The notes below the pieces were generated by a model that was given only the letters and a program-made list of their open reading frames with translations, was not told where the DNA came from and ran no database searches. From assembly GCF_006345805.1 (NCBI RefSeq), contig NC_043011.1, forward strand, positions 2,480,001-2,544,000: a DNA stretch of 64,000 nucleotides. Direction: 5' to 3'. The DNA comes from Octopus sinensis. Taxonomy: Eukaryota. Shown here piece by piece: positions 1 through 11,830 of this stretch (the stretch's first letter is position 1; each line of letters starts with the position of its first letter). The position numbers and the translations under genes were made by a program.

Positions 1-589
1 ACAAGAAAACAATACTTATAAATGTTAAGAATTTATGTAACAGGAATAACATTCTATTTAATATGAGATGAATTCACTGAGCTGCTGAGAAGCTGAACAA
101 TGAGTTTCATAGGTGTAGAGTTCTTGTTAATATATTTAATTATTGATGTCTCAGTTATTTGTGGGGAGCAGATAGCAAAACTTCAGAAGATGTTACTTTT
201 GATAGACTGACATCATAACCTACAGGGGATATATTTCTTATCTAATTAATCTGATAGAATTATCAGCTAATGAACAGCTTTATGAAACCATGAAGATAGT
301 ATTTGTGCTGCTCTTGATATTAAATAGTTTATCAATATATTAATGTTTAGCTTATTAACCAAAGGCATTAATCATAAGGCATTACTGGTGATGTAAGATG
401 GTAGCAGTTATTTCACTATAATATAAAAGGTGATGCATATATTGGCTCATTAGGAGAAACAAAATATGTTTTTGAAAACCTACACCAAATTTAGACAGTT
501 GTTATGGGTAAAAAGATAAACAGATTGACATTAGGCAGTGTACTACTTTGTTGTTCTACAAGTTTAAAGAATTTTGTGTATATTACCTT

Positions 590-650
590 CAACTACTGCT
601 GCTGCTACCACCACCACCTCCTCCTCCGCCTCCTCTTCTTCTTCTTTTCC
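590..650 (+). repeat. Compound trinucleotide microsatellite (CTG)n(CCA)n(CCT)n(CTT)n
   Basis: Directly visible; explains the poly-Leu/poly-Pro ORF 548..874. Confidence 0.9.
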
Positions 651-1439
651 CCCTTTCTTCTCAAATATGTCTGACAGTAAAGGATAGAACATCTTGTTTA
701 AAACTAATACCGGGATCTTTGGTAACTTTAATAATGTTCGTTCATTGTAAATACTTTGAGAAGACCCTTAGCTTTACATCAGTTTTGAACTTGACTAATA
801 TTTATTTTGAGGTTGTTTCAAATTGCTGTTCAATGCACAGCTGTCTCATTCATTTATTATTGCTAAGTTATTGATCCTATACAAATTATAGACAAAAATT
901 GAATCCCCTGCACTGATATATATATATATATAAATATTTGCATTAATATGATTAACAAAGTATAAAGCAGGCATTCTGCAGTCAAATGAATCCCCTGGCA
1001 AGAAATAGATGTTTGATCTGAGTCCTGTCTGAAAGTATTTTTTCATTAGGCATTTTAGAGTGGTCACAGAGCCACCTGACAAGTGATAGATATATGGTTC
1101 AGTCTCCATAACTAGGTTTGATTATTATTTATGTCTCAAACTGCTCCTCATTCTATCTAATATCATTAAGTCTCCCTTGAGTAGGTCAACTGAGGACAAC
1201 AGTAAGTTGTCCTCAGTTCTCTTCCCTCATGTAACCACACCAGAACAATATCAGAAAAAGATACTAAAGTTGATATAACACAATAAGACATGAAAATTAA
1301 ATGACTGATAAATTTGGTACACCAAAGTTCAAATTATGAGGATTAAAATAAGTTTATACATGGATGTTTGGTTGCATTTCCATAGTTTTCTCAGAAAAAT
1401 TGCATTTCCGTAATTCTCTCAGAAAAGTTAGTTACATAT

Positions 1440-1745
1440 AACATTTGTTCTTGTGAAGTGTAATTATGGTGACATCTTGGAAGTCTGCTAGCATACTCTC
1501 TTCCTTCCAGATGGATATAAGGATGTTATGGAAGGCACTGAAAACCATGTTACCAAGTGCCATGTACAGTTCCTGGAGCTTTACCACAGTTCATTTCTTT
1601 TATGACAGTCTTGACCTCATCTACGCTGGCCAGCAGGTCAAGATCCTTGAGTAGCAGCTTCTGAGGTATTTGCTGCAATGCTTCCTGGTTGACAATCGAT
1701 GGCCCATAGAGCTGCACTTCTTCAGCTTCCTGTCCAAATCACTAA
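1440..1745 (-). mobile_element. RTE-type LINE reverse transcriptase fragment (degenerate)
   Basis: Minus-strand translation PSIVNQEALQQIPQKLLLKDLDLLASVDEVKTVIKEMNCGKAPG...ISIWKEESMLADFQDVTIITLHKNK matches the conserved EN-RT linker and RT domain 0 of RTE/BovB-like elements; frameshifted. Confidence 0.8.
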
Positions 1746-2335
1746 ATCATCCATAACTATTGTATTATCCTCTCAAATTACACCAAAATCTCAGGCAATA
1801 ACAAATATCGTATTTATTGTCTGTGAAAATTATAGAATAGAAAACTACTTTGATAAAAACTTATACGTAGTTTTCTGACGAAAACAATGCTGTTCCGAAC
1901 ATTTTGGCCGCAACTGTATATATGTATATATATATATATATGTATGTATACATATGCACATGGAGGCAATTATGTGGATAAACAAATTAGACATATTAAA
2001 TGTAACAGTTTATTTAAAATACCTAATTTGCTTATTGTTTATCCACATAATTGTCTCATCACCTGCTCAACTTGATCCCTCTTACAGTCATTCTTTACCC
2101 ATGGAATTGATCCCCTGCAAAGACATCAGGGTCTAAGTTTGAATCCTTTGAGCTCTACTAAGTGTCTTCTATACTGAAAATGTCTAGTTCTCATCTGTTG
2201 ACTATATATTATGTGCACGCACCGGTGTGTGTGTATACATATATATACATATATATACGTGTGTGTATATATATATGTGTGTGTGTATACATATATATGT
2301 ATATATATATATGTATATATGTATGTATGTATATA

Positions 2336-2582
2336 AGAGATAATGGTGTCATTGAGACCCAAAGATGTCAGGTAATGCTGAATAAGTGCTATAGACAGAT
2401 CATAGTTGAGTTCCAGATTCGGTAATTTTGCGAATAAGGGTTGAACCATCCTCTCACACCATCTCCGATGAAGGGATATAATTAATAAATATCCTAGAAA
2501 CAGCTGTAAGACCTTCTATCTATAAAATGCTCTAATATCTACACAGCATTGGTCTTTTTTATCTTATTACACAAAAAAATTA
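2336..2582 (+). mobile_element. Short PLE-terminus-like unit between microsatellites, carrying a hammerhead-like motif
   Basis: About 250-bp non-coding unit bounded by a (TA/CA) tract on the left and (TA)n at 2583; contains the motif at 2462-2511. Confidence 0.5.
2462..2511 (+). ncRNA. Minimal type I hammerhead ribozyme-like motif (U4C core variant)
   Basis: UCU-CCGAUGA-A-GGGAUAU(9-nt loop)AUAUCCU-A-GAAA-CAGCUG-UA-AGA; 7-bp helix II, 3-bp helix I, palindrome ACAGCTGT at helix III. Confidence 0.6.
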
Positions 2583-2894
2583 TTATATATATATATAGTG
2601 ATAGAAGTAGGGTTAATAACACAAGTTGATATTTATATACATAAACTGACATTCTTCATGTGTATTACATAACCTGCACTAGTGCAGTCTTTCCCCTTGT
2701 ACATCTCATCTTATTCCATGTACGTATATGTATGTGTGTATATGTGTGTAGTGAGAGAGAGAAAGAATGATAGACAGGTAGAGATACACGCATACACATA
2801 TAGGTGATGTAGAAGTGATGAAAAATACAGCACAAAAGCAAGGTGAAAATATATTTACAAGCACATATACATACACCCATATATATACATACAC

Positions 2895-2932
<38 letters not shown>

Positions 2933-5679
2933 GTGTGTAAAATTCAATGTAAATATAGGATATCTACATAATGTGAAAGTTCCTTGTTTACTCTTTCCTG
3001 TAATATTTCACTGAATTTCTATCCTCTTTAAAATTGTTTCAGTCTAGTGAATTTAATGAGTTGTTAGAAGCTGAGAATTTAACCTCCACCCCTCCTCTTA
3101 TACACCCCCACTTTTATTGTCTCCTTTTCTCATACTTTCTCTTTTTTATATCCCTGCCTTCATCCTAATATTTAGGTTATACCCAACTCAATGACAAATA
3201 ACCTTTAGCCTCAAAGAGCCTGTTTTGGTGACCCTCTAAACAAGAATAGGTCAAAAGTATTTGTAAATACAATTATGTTGTTGATTCTTAAAACAGACAT
3301 CACCATAATCCATACATTAGTTTGTGTTATTGAGAATCTCTACTAATTACAATTATTTTCAGTAGTATTTCTGTTTCCCTTTCAATTAGTCTTGCTTTGC
3401 TTCATTTCTTTTTCAGTTCATTGATCAATACTTCATATTTATTCATCTAGCTCTTCATCTGAAGGTTCCCCTCTAAATCCATTTTGTAGCCACTCTGATG
3501 ATTTCTGTATTAATTTGTATCATTAGGATCAATGTATGCTGAGAAATATAAGTCTTCTAGCCACATAAAAAGCATTGTTTTTTGATACTGAGGAGATGGT
3601 ATCAATCTAATTTGAGAATTATGAACTTGATGTCTTACAAAAATAGATACAGTACATATATCTATGAAATGATTTTAACTATTTCCACTACAGTTTGTTG
3701 CTAGACTTTTCTTTATTCATTTTAATTTAATTGCACTTTTATAATTAATTTATTTATTGATACAGCTATTGTTATTCTATCAATATTCAAACTTAATTTA
3801 TTATTCATTTTTATTATTGATATGGGTTTGGTAATTCTCTCAATCTGCCAGATTGATTATTGATGGGGCTATTTCACTTTTCTGGCTTTATAAAGCTCTA
3901 TTTAGAAATGCCAGCAATTATTTCAGCTTCTCATTTTGTTCTGAAACAGTCCTAAATTTTGGTCCATTATTACTGTATCTTTCCTTTCATGCACAATAAT
4001 CTAAACTCTTATGGCTACAATTGCAGGGTGCAATGGTACAATGGTAGAAATAGAAGCGCATGTATAGGTATGCATTTATACATAACTGTTAGAGACATTG
4101 ACAATATACTACTTGTAGATGTTGAAGTGACAATCCATTTTTGATTAGCAAATACTAAAATGGAAGCCGAGAAGGAAATTCTGTTCCATGTATAAAATAA
4201 TCCAAATTCACTGAGAAATTAGATTTGTAGCATTTCTTCTTAAATTAGAATATTAAAAAAATGTTGTTATGCCAATTGGTATTGCTCTTTTGATCCAGAC
4301 ACAAAAAATTTTTAATTCTATTGATAAATGATTGTGAAAAGAGCAGTGGTATGCAGAGATTTGGTGTTGCCTAATATTGAGAAACATGGAAAAGGAAAAC
4401 ACCTTAAATTTGTAAACACAAATGAAATAAACTTTTTATTTATATTAAGTATAAATCAGCCACATCGGTGTCCATGTCCCAAATGAGATCTTCTGAGTGA
4501 AAACATTTGAACTACATTTTTTTTTTCATCAACTGAGAAGAATTCTTTTTCGGTATTGATTAAAACCAAGTTAGTTACTCTTGTAACTTGAAACACCTGA
4601 GATATGTTTTTGTTAATTTCACCTTTGAAAATGATCTTTCATAGCTTGCAATTAAAAATGTATTGCACACTACAGGGAAGACATACCTTCCAAACTGCAG
4701 TAAAGACCCCTAAAATATATTTAATATGAAAAGGAACTGTATTCCCTCTCCTTATATCACTGAATGATTGTCACCTAATAATCATAATAATGTGCAAAGT
4801 CCAAATCTTTCTTCTTCACTCTCAATAACGACTAAATCCAAATTTTGAAGAAATGAAACTATACTTCTGAGATCTTGAAAGAGAAAACTGCTGTCTTCCA
4901 CTACAGATTTTAATTGATTCCCAATTTCTATTAATACTCTATTCATTCCTTGATGTGCCATCTGCTAACTATCTCCTGCTGAATCTCCAGGCATCCTTTT
5001 TTAGCTTCTTATTCATGTAATTGTTATTCCCCATTCTTCATAATATTCATTAGCTGAAAGTATCGCATTGTGGATAATTTCATCATTTTCCCCGATTCAG
5101 GATTTTAATAAACCCTTTCAGATCACAACAAGCTTCATGGAAATTGATGTTGAAATCTTGCAAATGTGTTGAAATTTTCTCCAAAAAAGATTGGATACAA
5201 AATTTCAACACAAGAATTGTTTAAAAAGGGTTCACAGGTGATCTTACATTAGATTTGGTATCCTTAGAAAATTGTCCTACTTGAAAGTGTTCAAGGCTTG
5301 CACTAACATTGTCATACTCACTGTAAATTACATTTGCATCATGTATGACAATGCCTTTTCATGGACATTTTAACACTTCCTAATATAGCACAGCAGTTTG
5401 TACACCACTTGCATGGACACAGGCCAAATTAGGCCTGTGGTTCTTGTAATTTACAAACACAACATTTTGATAAGCACTAAGAATATTTTTTAAACATTTC
5501 CCCTCTTTCCAGCCATAATTACTCTGCTATAATCTGCTTGGTCGCAAAAGTCATTGATTGAAATTTTATCTTCTTCCAATTCTCCAGAATTTTCTTTACC
5601 TAGCTGATTGCAATTTTCTTGATGATTTAGAATGGTCACACAAATGCTTTCTTTATTCATCAATATGTATAAGTATATA

Positions 5680-6250
5680 TCATCATCATCATCATCGTCG
5701 TTTAGCGTCCGTTTTCCATGCTAGCATGGGTTGGACGGTTCTACTGGGGTCTGTGAAGCCAGAAGGCTTCATCAGGCCCAGTCAAATCTGGCAGTGTTTC
5801 TACGGCTGGATGCCCTTCCTAACGCCAACCACTCCGTGAGTGTAGTGGGTGCTTTTTACGTGCCACCCGCACAGGTGCCAGACAGAGCTGGGAAACAGCC
5901 ACGAACGGATGGTGCTTTTTATGTGCCACCGGCACAAGGGCCAGGCGAGGCTGGCAATGGACACGAAACGGGGCGGTGCTGGCAACGGTCGCGAAACGGA
6001 AGGTTCTCTTACATGCCACCGGCACTGCTAACACATCTGCAATTTCCATTCTGATCCTCACTTGCCTCAACGGGTCTTCACAAGTAGAGTTTCGACATGC
6101 CACCGGCACTGGTAACACATCTGCAATTTCCATTGATCGATTTCCATTTCTGATCCTCACTTGCCTCAACGGGTCTTCACAAGTCAAGTATCGACATGCC
6201 ACCGGCACTGGTAACACATCTGCAATTTCCATTGATCGATTTCGATTCTG
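5680..6250 (-). mobile_element. RTE-LINE 3'-end fragment with (GAT)n tail, ~60-bp repeat array and internal triplication
   Basis: (ATC)n followed by gtttagcgtccgttttccatgctagcatgggttggacgg, shared with 23132, 48515 and 60781; three copies of catgccaccggcactg.taacacatctgcaatttccatt at 6011-6250. Confidence 0.75.
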
Positions 6251-6423
6251 ATATATATATATATATTAGAAGAAATGAGGTACTCAGAAATTCAGATGGT
6301 TTTATATTTACAGATATTTATTTGTATATTACATGTTTTTATACATCATATAACTTAGATCATGTATTAGCACTTTCTCCCATTCTAGTGGGGTTTTCGA
6401 ATTGAACTAAGTTCCTGTGAAAA

Positions 6424-6805
6424 AAGTTTTGACCATTTTATAGTATTATTGAGTGTGTAGTGGTGGGGAGGGATATAAGACAGTACAAGAGGGTGATGGA
6501 TGGGGAGTAAGTGAGAAAGAGAGAGAGCATGTGTGTGTGTGTGTGTGTGCATGTGTGTGTGTTTTTGTATTTGGGAGAAGTGTTAAAGAAAAAGAGGGGA
6601 AGGGACAGGGAAGAAGAAGAAAAAATTTTTTGTTCTGCTGGACAGGATGTTTACTCCAAGGAAGGGGGTCTAAGATCTTGGGGGAAAAGAATTTAAGTTT
6701 TGACCATTTCATAGTGTTATTGAGTGTGTAGTGGTGGGGAGGGACATAAGACAGTACAAGAGGGTGGTGAATGGGGAGAAAGTGAGAGAGCATGTGTGTG
6801 TGTGT
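6424..6805. repeat. Local direct duplication (~120-bp unit, ~270-bp period)
   Basis: aagttttgaccattt...gagtgtgtagtggtggggaggg...agacagtacaagagggtg...gagcatgtgtgtg at about 6424 and 6695. Confidence 0.85.
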
Positions 6806-6814
6806 ATATATATA

Positions 6815-6861
<47 letters not shown>

Positions 6862-7927
6862 GTTTCATAAACCTGATACTCATGGGTAATATCTAGTATT
6901 ATGCTAAAATATTTTGCATCCTTAGCTTCAGAAATTAATCTTTTCTTGACAGTTTCAACAATGAGATTGATCAGTTTTTTTTTTCTTTTGGACAATTAGA
7001 AGACATTTCTTTGGTTTATTTTGCTCTCTTTACAAGTTTTCATCTTCAATTACATCATACTTGGCTAAAATTCTAAATCTCACTGAAAACTTTCCTGTAA
7101 TATTAAAGATTTTCTCCTCTGGCACCAATAAACTAGACATACTTTACCTCAATACTCAAAAAAAGGCCAAATCCTGTTTTGCCAGAAATCTCACCAATCT
7201 GTTCAGCTACAGCTTTCCATCTTTCCTTTTCAGCTGACATTTGCTGTTGAAGTTTAGTATCTGTCATCATAGTCGAATGCTGAATTCACACTACAAGGCT
7301 CAAGTATTTCCTCATATAATCTCTATGAGACAGGCTTGTTTCATGGTTAGGTATTCATGGATTCACCATTCTCCAAATGGAGAAATTTTTCTGACTAAAG
7401 TTTGACATTAACAATCAATATTCCTTTGAAAATACAAAAAGCAAACAAAGTCTATTTCCCCTAAATAGAGGCTATAGCAGCCATTTCCTCTCAATGAATT
7501 CTCTTTAGGAACATTCTCAAATCACAGTTTTGAAAAGGATCTCTTGTTATCATATTAAATGGATCGCTTTCTTGGTCATGTGCATAGTAAATGGATATCT
7601 TTATTGGTCATGTTGTACAAGTATCCTCTTCAACTGGAAGCAGTCTCTTGAAATACCCAAAATTACCACTTTTTAAAAATATACTTAAATTTCCTCTGAA
7701 TCTTCATTCTAGCGAGGATTCTAGGGAGAGACAGTGTCACATTCTGATTCCATAACAAAAAAATCTTCCATTGCCCCACAGCATTTTTTATTTCTCCTAC
7801 TTTCTCTTCTTTTCTCTACTTCCTGTGTTCCCCTTTGCTGGAATTCTTCTTTGTCGCTGGTTTTTATTTATTCCTGTTATTTGTTCCATTCAGCTGCTCT
7901 ATCTTCATCTGGAGTTCAAATATAATA

Positions 7928-9241
7928 CGTGGTGCTATCAAGAGGTTCCCAGACTAGTTATGTTTAATAAAAGATGTGGCTATAGGCGCAGGAGTGGCTG
8001 TGTGGTAAGTAGCTTGCTAACCAACCACATGGTTCCGGGTTCATTCCCACTGTGTGGCACCTTGGGCAAGTGTCTTCTGCTATAGCCCCGGGCCGACCAA
8101 TGCCTTGTGAGTGGATTTGGTAGACGGAAACTGAAAGAAGCCTGTCGTATATATGTATATATATATATATGCATGTTTGTGTCTGTGTTTGTCCCTCTAG
8201 CATTGCTTGACAACCGATGCTGGTGTGTTTACGTCCCCATCACTTAGCGGTTTGGCAAAAGAGACCGATAGAATAAGTACTGGGCTTACAAAGAATAAGT
8301 CCCGGGGTCAATTTGCTTGACTAAAGGCGGTGCTCCAGCATGGCCGCAGTCAAATGACTGAAACATGTAAAAAAGTAAAAGAGTAAGTTTTAACAATATC
8401 TCCTTCGAAGTTGTCACCTTGCACAGCAATATACCAGTCCCAACGTTCGTGCCACTTTCGGAACCTGGCCTGGAAGTTGTTTTCCATAAGTGAGACAAGG
8501 ACTTTCTGTGATTCACTCTGGATCTCAACAATGGTGTTAAAACTGTGACCTTTGAGCTGCCTTATCATCTTGGTGAAGAAATGGAAGTCTGTAGGTGCTA
8601 AATCTGACGAATAGGGCAGATGTAGAAGTGAGACCATGTGTTTTTGGTGAGAAAGTCACAAGTGAAGAGAGCTTGGTGACAGGGTGCATTGTCATCATGA
8701 AGAATCCAATTCTTTGCATGCCACAGATCTGGTCGCTTTCACTGAATGTCCTCCCCCAAACAATTCAAAACATTACAGTAGAACTCTCGATTGATGGTTG
8801 GCCCTGGAGAACCAATTTTCGACGAACAATACCACATTTCTGGGAGTGACACTTATGACAGGTCTTCTAGATAGCTCATCATCTTCCAGGGACATTCTTC
8901 TGCTTTTGAAGTACCCGTGTCACTCAAAACATTGCATACAACCCAATGCTTCATAGCCATAAGCTTGCCAAAGCATGCTCAAAATCTCTGTAGCAGACTT
9001 TCTGTGTTTAATGCAAAATTTCATGTTGGCTCTTTGTTCCTGTCTATGACAAAATCACAGACCACATCATACATGTGATCATAAAAACACAAATTTCACA
9101 ACTTGTGATGTAAACACAGAGATGTCACTCAGCACACTGCCACATGAAGGTCACTGCTAGCTCTCACTGCACAGGCAACTCTGTTCTGCCATCTGTTGGC
9201 ATGTTACAGAACTAGTCCAGGAACTTTTTGATACTACCACG
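7928..9241 (-). mobile_element. Internally deleted mariner transposon with both TIRs and TA TSD, interrupted by a SINE
   Basis: TA|cgtggtgctatcaagaggttcccagactagt ... actagtccaggaactttttgatactaccacg|TA; transposase C-terminus LHLPYSSDLAPTDFHFF (YSPDLAP motif) and FFMMTMHPVT (degenerate HDNA region). Confidence 0.9.
7982..8385 (+). mobile_element. tRNA-derived SINE, family A (full length)
   Basis: Head ataggcgcaggagtggctgtgtgg (A box) ... ggttcattccc (B box), internal (TA)n/(GT)n, tail gtaaaagagta; about 12 copies in the window. Confidence 0.9.
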
Positions 9242-9516
9242 TAGATTACTCAATTGTTTGTACCACGTTTTCTACAGTAGATATCATAACCTAAAATATT
9301 ATATTATTCTCTCTCTATGTATATACAAACCTTTATACACTTGATGCATGAGTTCTCCAGCAACCTGGCACAAACCTCTTGAAATGTTTTATGGTTACTC
9401 TAACTGTACATATAACTTACAATCTGCTATACACATTTGCTTTGCTTAACATTACCATACGATTGGACCAATTTCCCAGAATTATATTCATCTAGTCAAT
9501 TAACTGTTTGAATGTA

Positions 9517-9734
9517 CGAAAGAGTGCCGAAAAGTTCCTGGCTTTAAGAATATAGCGAAAGGTCTGGTTGGAGGCCCAACCTTCTGAGTTCTTTTACAGG
9601 GCTTAGAAAAGCTGAAGGACTGCTGCAATAAGTGTGTGACTCCAAGAGGGAAAATATGTTGGATAAAATCATAACTAACTGATCCTCCTGTAATTTCTTT
9701 TATCCAAAGCCAGGAACTTTTCAGCATCTCCTCG
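9517..9734. mobile_element. Mariner-derived MITE
   Basis: TA|cgaaagagtgccgaaaagttcctggcttt ... aaagccaggaacttttcagcatctcctcg|TA. Confidence 0.85.
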
Positions 9735-9756
9735 TATTTAGTAACCTATATTAGTA

Positions 9757-10160
9757 TACTCTTTTACTCTTTTACTTGTTTCAGCCATTTTGACTGCAGC
9801 CATGCTGGAGCACCGACTTTAGTCAAGCAAATCGACCCCGGGACTTATTCTTTGAAAGCCCAGTACTTATTCTATCAGTCTCTTTTGCCGAACCGCTAAG
9901 TAACAGAGACATAAACACACCAGCATCGGTTGTCAAGCAATGCTAGAGGGACAAACACAGACACACAAACACACACACATATATATATATATACGACGGG
10001 CTTCTTTCAGTTTCCGTCTACCAAATCCACTCACAAGGCTTTGGTCGGCCTGAGGCTATAGCAAAAGACACTTGCCCAAGATGCCATGCAGTGGGACTGA
10101 ACCCGGAACCACGTGGTTGGTTAGCAAGCTACTTACCACACAGCCACCCCTGTGCCTATA
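9757..10160 (-). mobile_element. SINE family A (full length)
   Basis: Reverse complement of the 7982 copy. Confidence 0.9.
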
Positions 10161-10565
10161 TATAATGTGTTTTAACATTAATGCTGGTCAATTGGGTTGA
10201 GGCAAGCAGATTGTGAATTTAAGCAAGCTCAATGGCATTTATAGATTTACCACTGTTTTATGTTACCTTAATCAGTATTACATACAGTATTTATATATAA
10301 CAATTTTTTTACTCTGGTATCACTTATTTAAAACACACATTCCCATTCACATCAGCTTCTTGAACAGTGGGGCAGCTTGTAAAATGAAGTTAACTGAAAT
10401 AATTGCAAATTTCAAATAACTTTAATCTAATTTTACTCTTTGATTGGGATACTCCTCTGAAATGAATGTCCAAGGTCATTGATCCATTCTTTGCTACACA
10501 CAACTGTGAAAGTGCTTTATTTACATTATTTACATTCGACAGATATTTATCCTCATCTTGTTTGT

Positions 10566-10612
10566 TGTTAACACGTTTCGGCTGATATACCCTTCAGCCT
10601 TCATCAGGTGTC
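10566..10612 (-). ncRNA. Hammerhead ribozyme-like motif with canonical core, apparently lacking the cleavage triplet
   Basis: GACAC-CUGAUGA-A-GGCUGA(AGGGUAUA)UCAGCC-GAAAC-GUGUU; helix II is a perfect 6 bp; helix I is GACAC/GUGUU. Confidence 0.6.
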
Positions 10613-10723
10613 TTGGGAAATTTCAAACCTGGGTTCTTATTCCTGAAGTATTTTTTGATGTTATTATTATCATTATTATTATTATTGTTGTTATTATTAC
10701 ATGTTTTTTCAGTTTTTTTTTTA

Positions 10724-11117
10724 CAGGAGTGGCTGTGTGGTAAGTAGCTTGCTTACCAACCACATTGTTCTGGGTTCATTCCCACTGTGTGGTACCTTGA
10801 GCAAGTGTCTTCTACTGTAGTCTCGGGCCGACCAAAGCCTTGTGAGTGGATTTGGTTGACAGAAATTGAAAGAAGCCTGTTGTATATATGTATATATATA
10901 TACATATGTATGTATGTGTCTGTGTTTGTCCCCCCCAACATCACTTGACAACCGATGGCGGTGTGTTTACGCCCTCGTAACTTAGTGATTCAGCAAAAGA
11001 AACCGATTGAATAAGTACTAGGCTTACAAAGAATAAGTCCTGGGGTCGATTTGCTTGACTAAAGGCGGTGCTCCAGCATGGCCACAATCAAATGACTGAA
11101 ACAAGTAAAAAAGAGTA
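10724..11117 (+). mobile_element. SINE family A
   Basis: Same sequence as the 7982 copy. Confidence 0.9.
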
Positions 11118-11236
11118 TAGATTTGATGTGTATTCAATGCAGCAGTTATGTGTGTCTATGCTACATGATATTTTCAGAAGAGAATTAAAGTTCTCAGGAT
11201 TTTCTTTCATATTTGCTTTATACAGCAAGTAACATC

Positions 11237-11830
11237 AGATCTTTTTGGTTTGAACGGCAGTTTTTAACATAATTTTTAGGTAACTAAAAAATTTTAAACT
11301 TCGTATACTGGTAGAATGTGTTAATAAAACATCATTTTCTCTTGGCTTTCATGAGAAACTTCTGTAGTTTGTAACATATTTCGTCTTTAATTTCTTGCAT
11401 TTCGGCAATTTTAACCAATCCCTGCCATTTTTTCTAGCAGTGTCATATGAAATTGTCACCCATAATTATGACCCTAGTATCGATCTATTGCATTTCAATC
11501 TGTTTTAGATTTAGGGTTAGTTAGGGTTAGGGGTGGGGGAAGGGTATCTTTTTTTCTTCACAAATGTAAATAAACCCAATCTGTTTCTTAAACGAGGGAC
11601 ATATTAATACGGCACAGAATGCTTTTTAACTCAATAGCCGCTAGTGATTGGTTAAAATTGCCGAAATGCAAGAAATTAAAGACGAAATATGTTACAAACT
11701 AGAGAATTTTCTCAAGAAAGCCAAGAGAAAATGATGTTTTATAAACACATTCTACCAGTATACGAAGTTTAGAATTTTTTTAGTTACCTAGAAATTATGT
11801 TAAAAACTGCCGTTCAAACCGAAAAGATCC
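11237..11830. mobile_element. MITE with ~185-bp TIRs and 8-bp TSD (Merlin-like)
   Basis: TSD gtaacatc at 11229-11236 and 11831-11838; termini (a/g)gatcttt(t/c)ggtttgaacggcag; an 8-bp TSD with a GG-like terminus fits Merlin, but hAT is not excluded. Confidence 0.85.

Larger units (their letters stand above)
4450..7900 (-). mobile_element. Decayed hAT transposase (ZMYM1-like/DUF4371 plus hATC dimerisation domain), interrupted by insertions
   Basis: Minus-strand motifs in order: LQQQMSAEKERWKAV / LVRFLAKQDLAF (~7170-7260); LINLIVETVKKRLISEAKDAKYFSIILD (6890-6995); NYKNHRPNLACVHA; KRMPGDSAGD; IASYERSFSKVKLTKTYLR (~4600-4650). Many stops and frameshifts. Confidence 0.8.

Noticed and set aside
548-874. 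108-aa poly-Pro/poly-Leu ORF
   Set aside because: Produced by a compound trinucleotide microsatellite; no other coding signal
7964-8213. Recurrent short ORFs (MLGGQTQTH..., MSSNARGT..., MTTDAGVF...) seen many times across the window
   Set aside because: They are chance open frames in SINE family A and its internal microsatellite, not a gene family
11511-11533. Interstitial telomere or chromosome-fusion relic
   Set aside because: Only about 3.5 imperfect units, internal to a MITE
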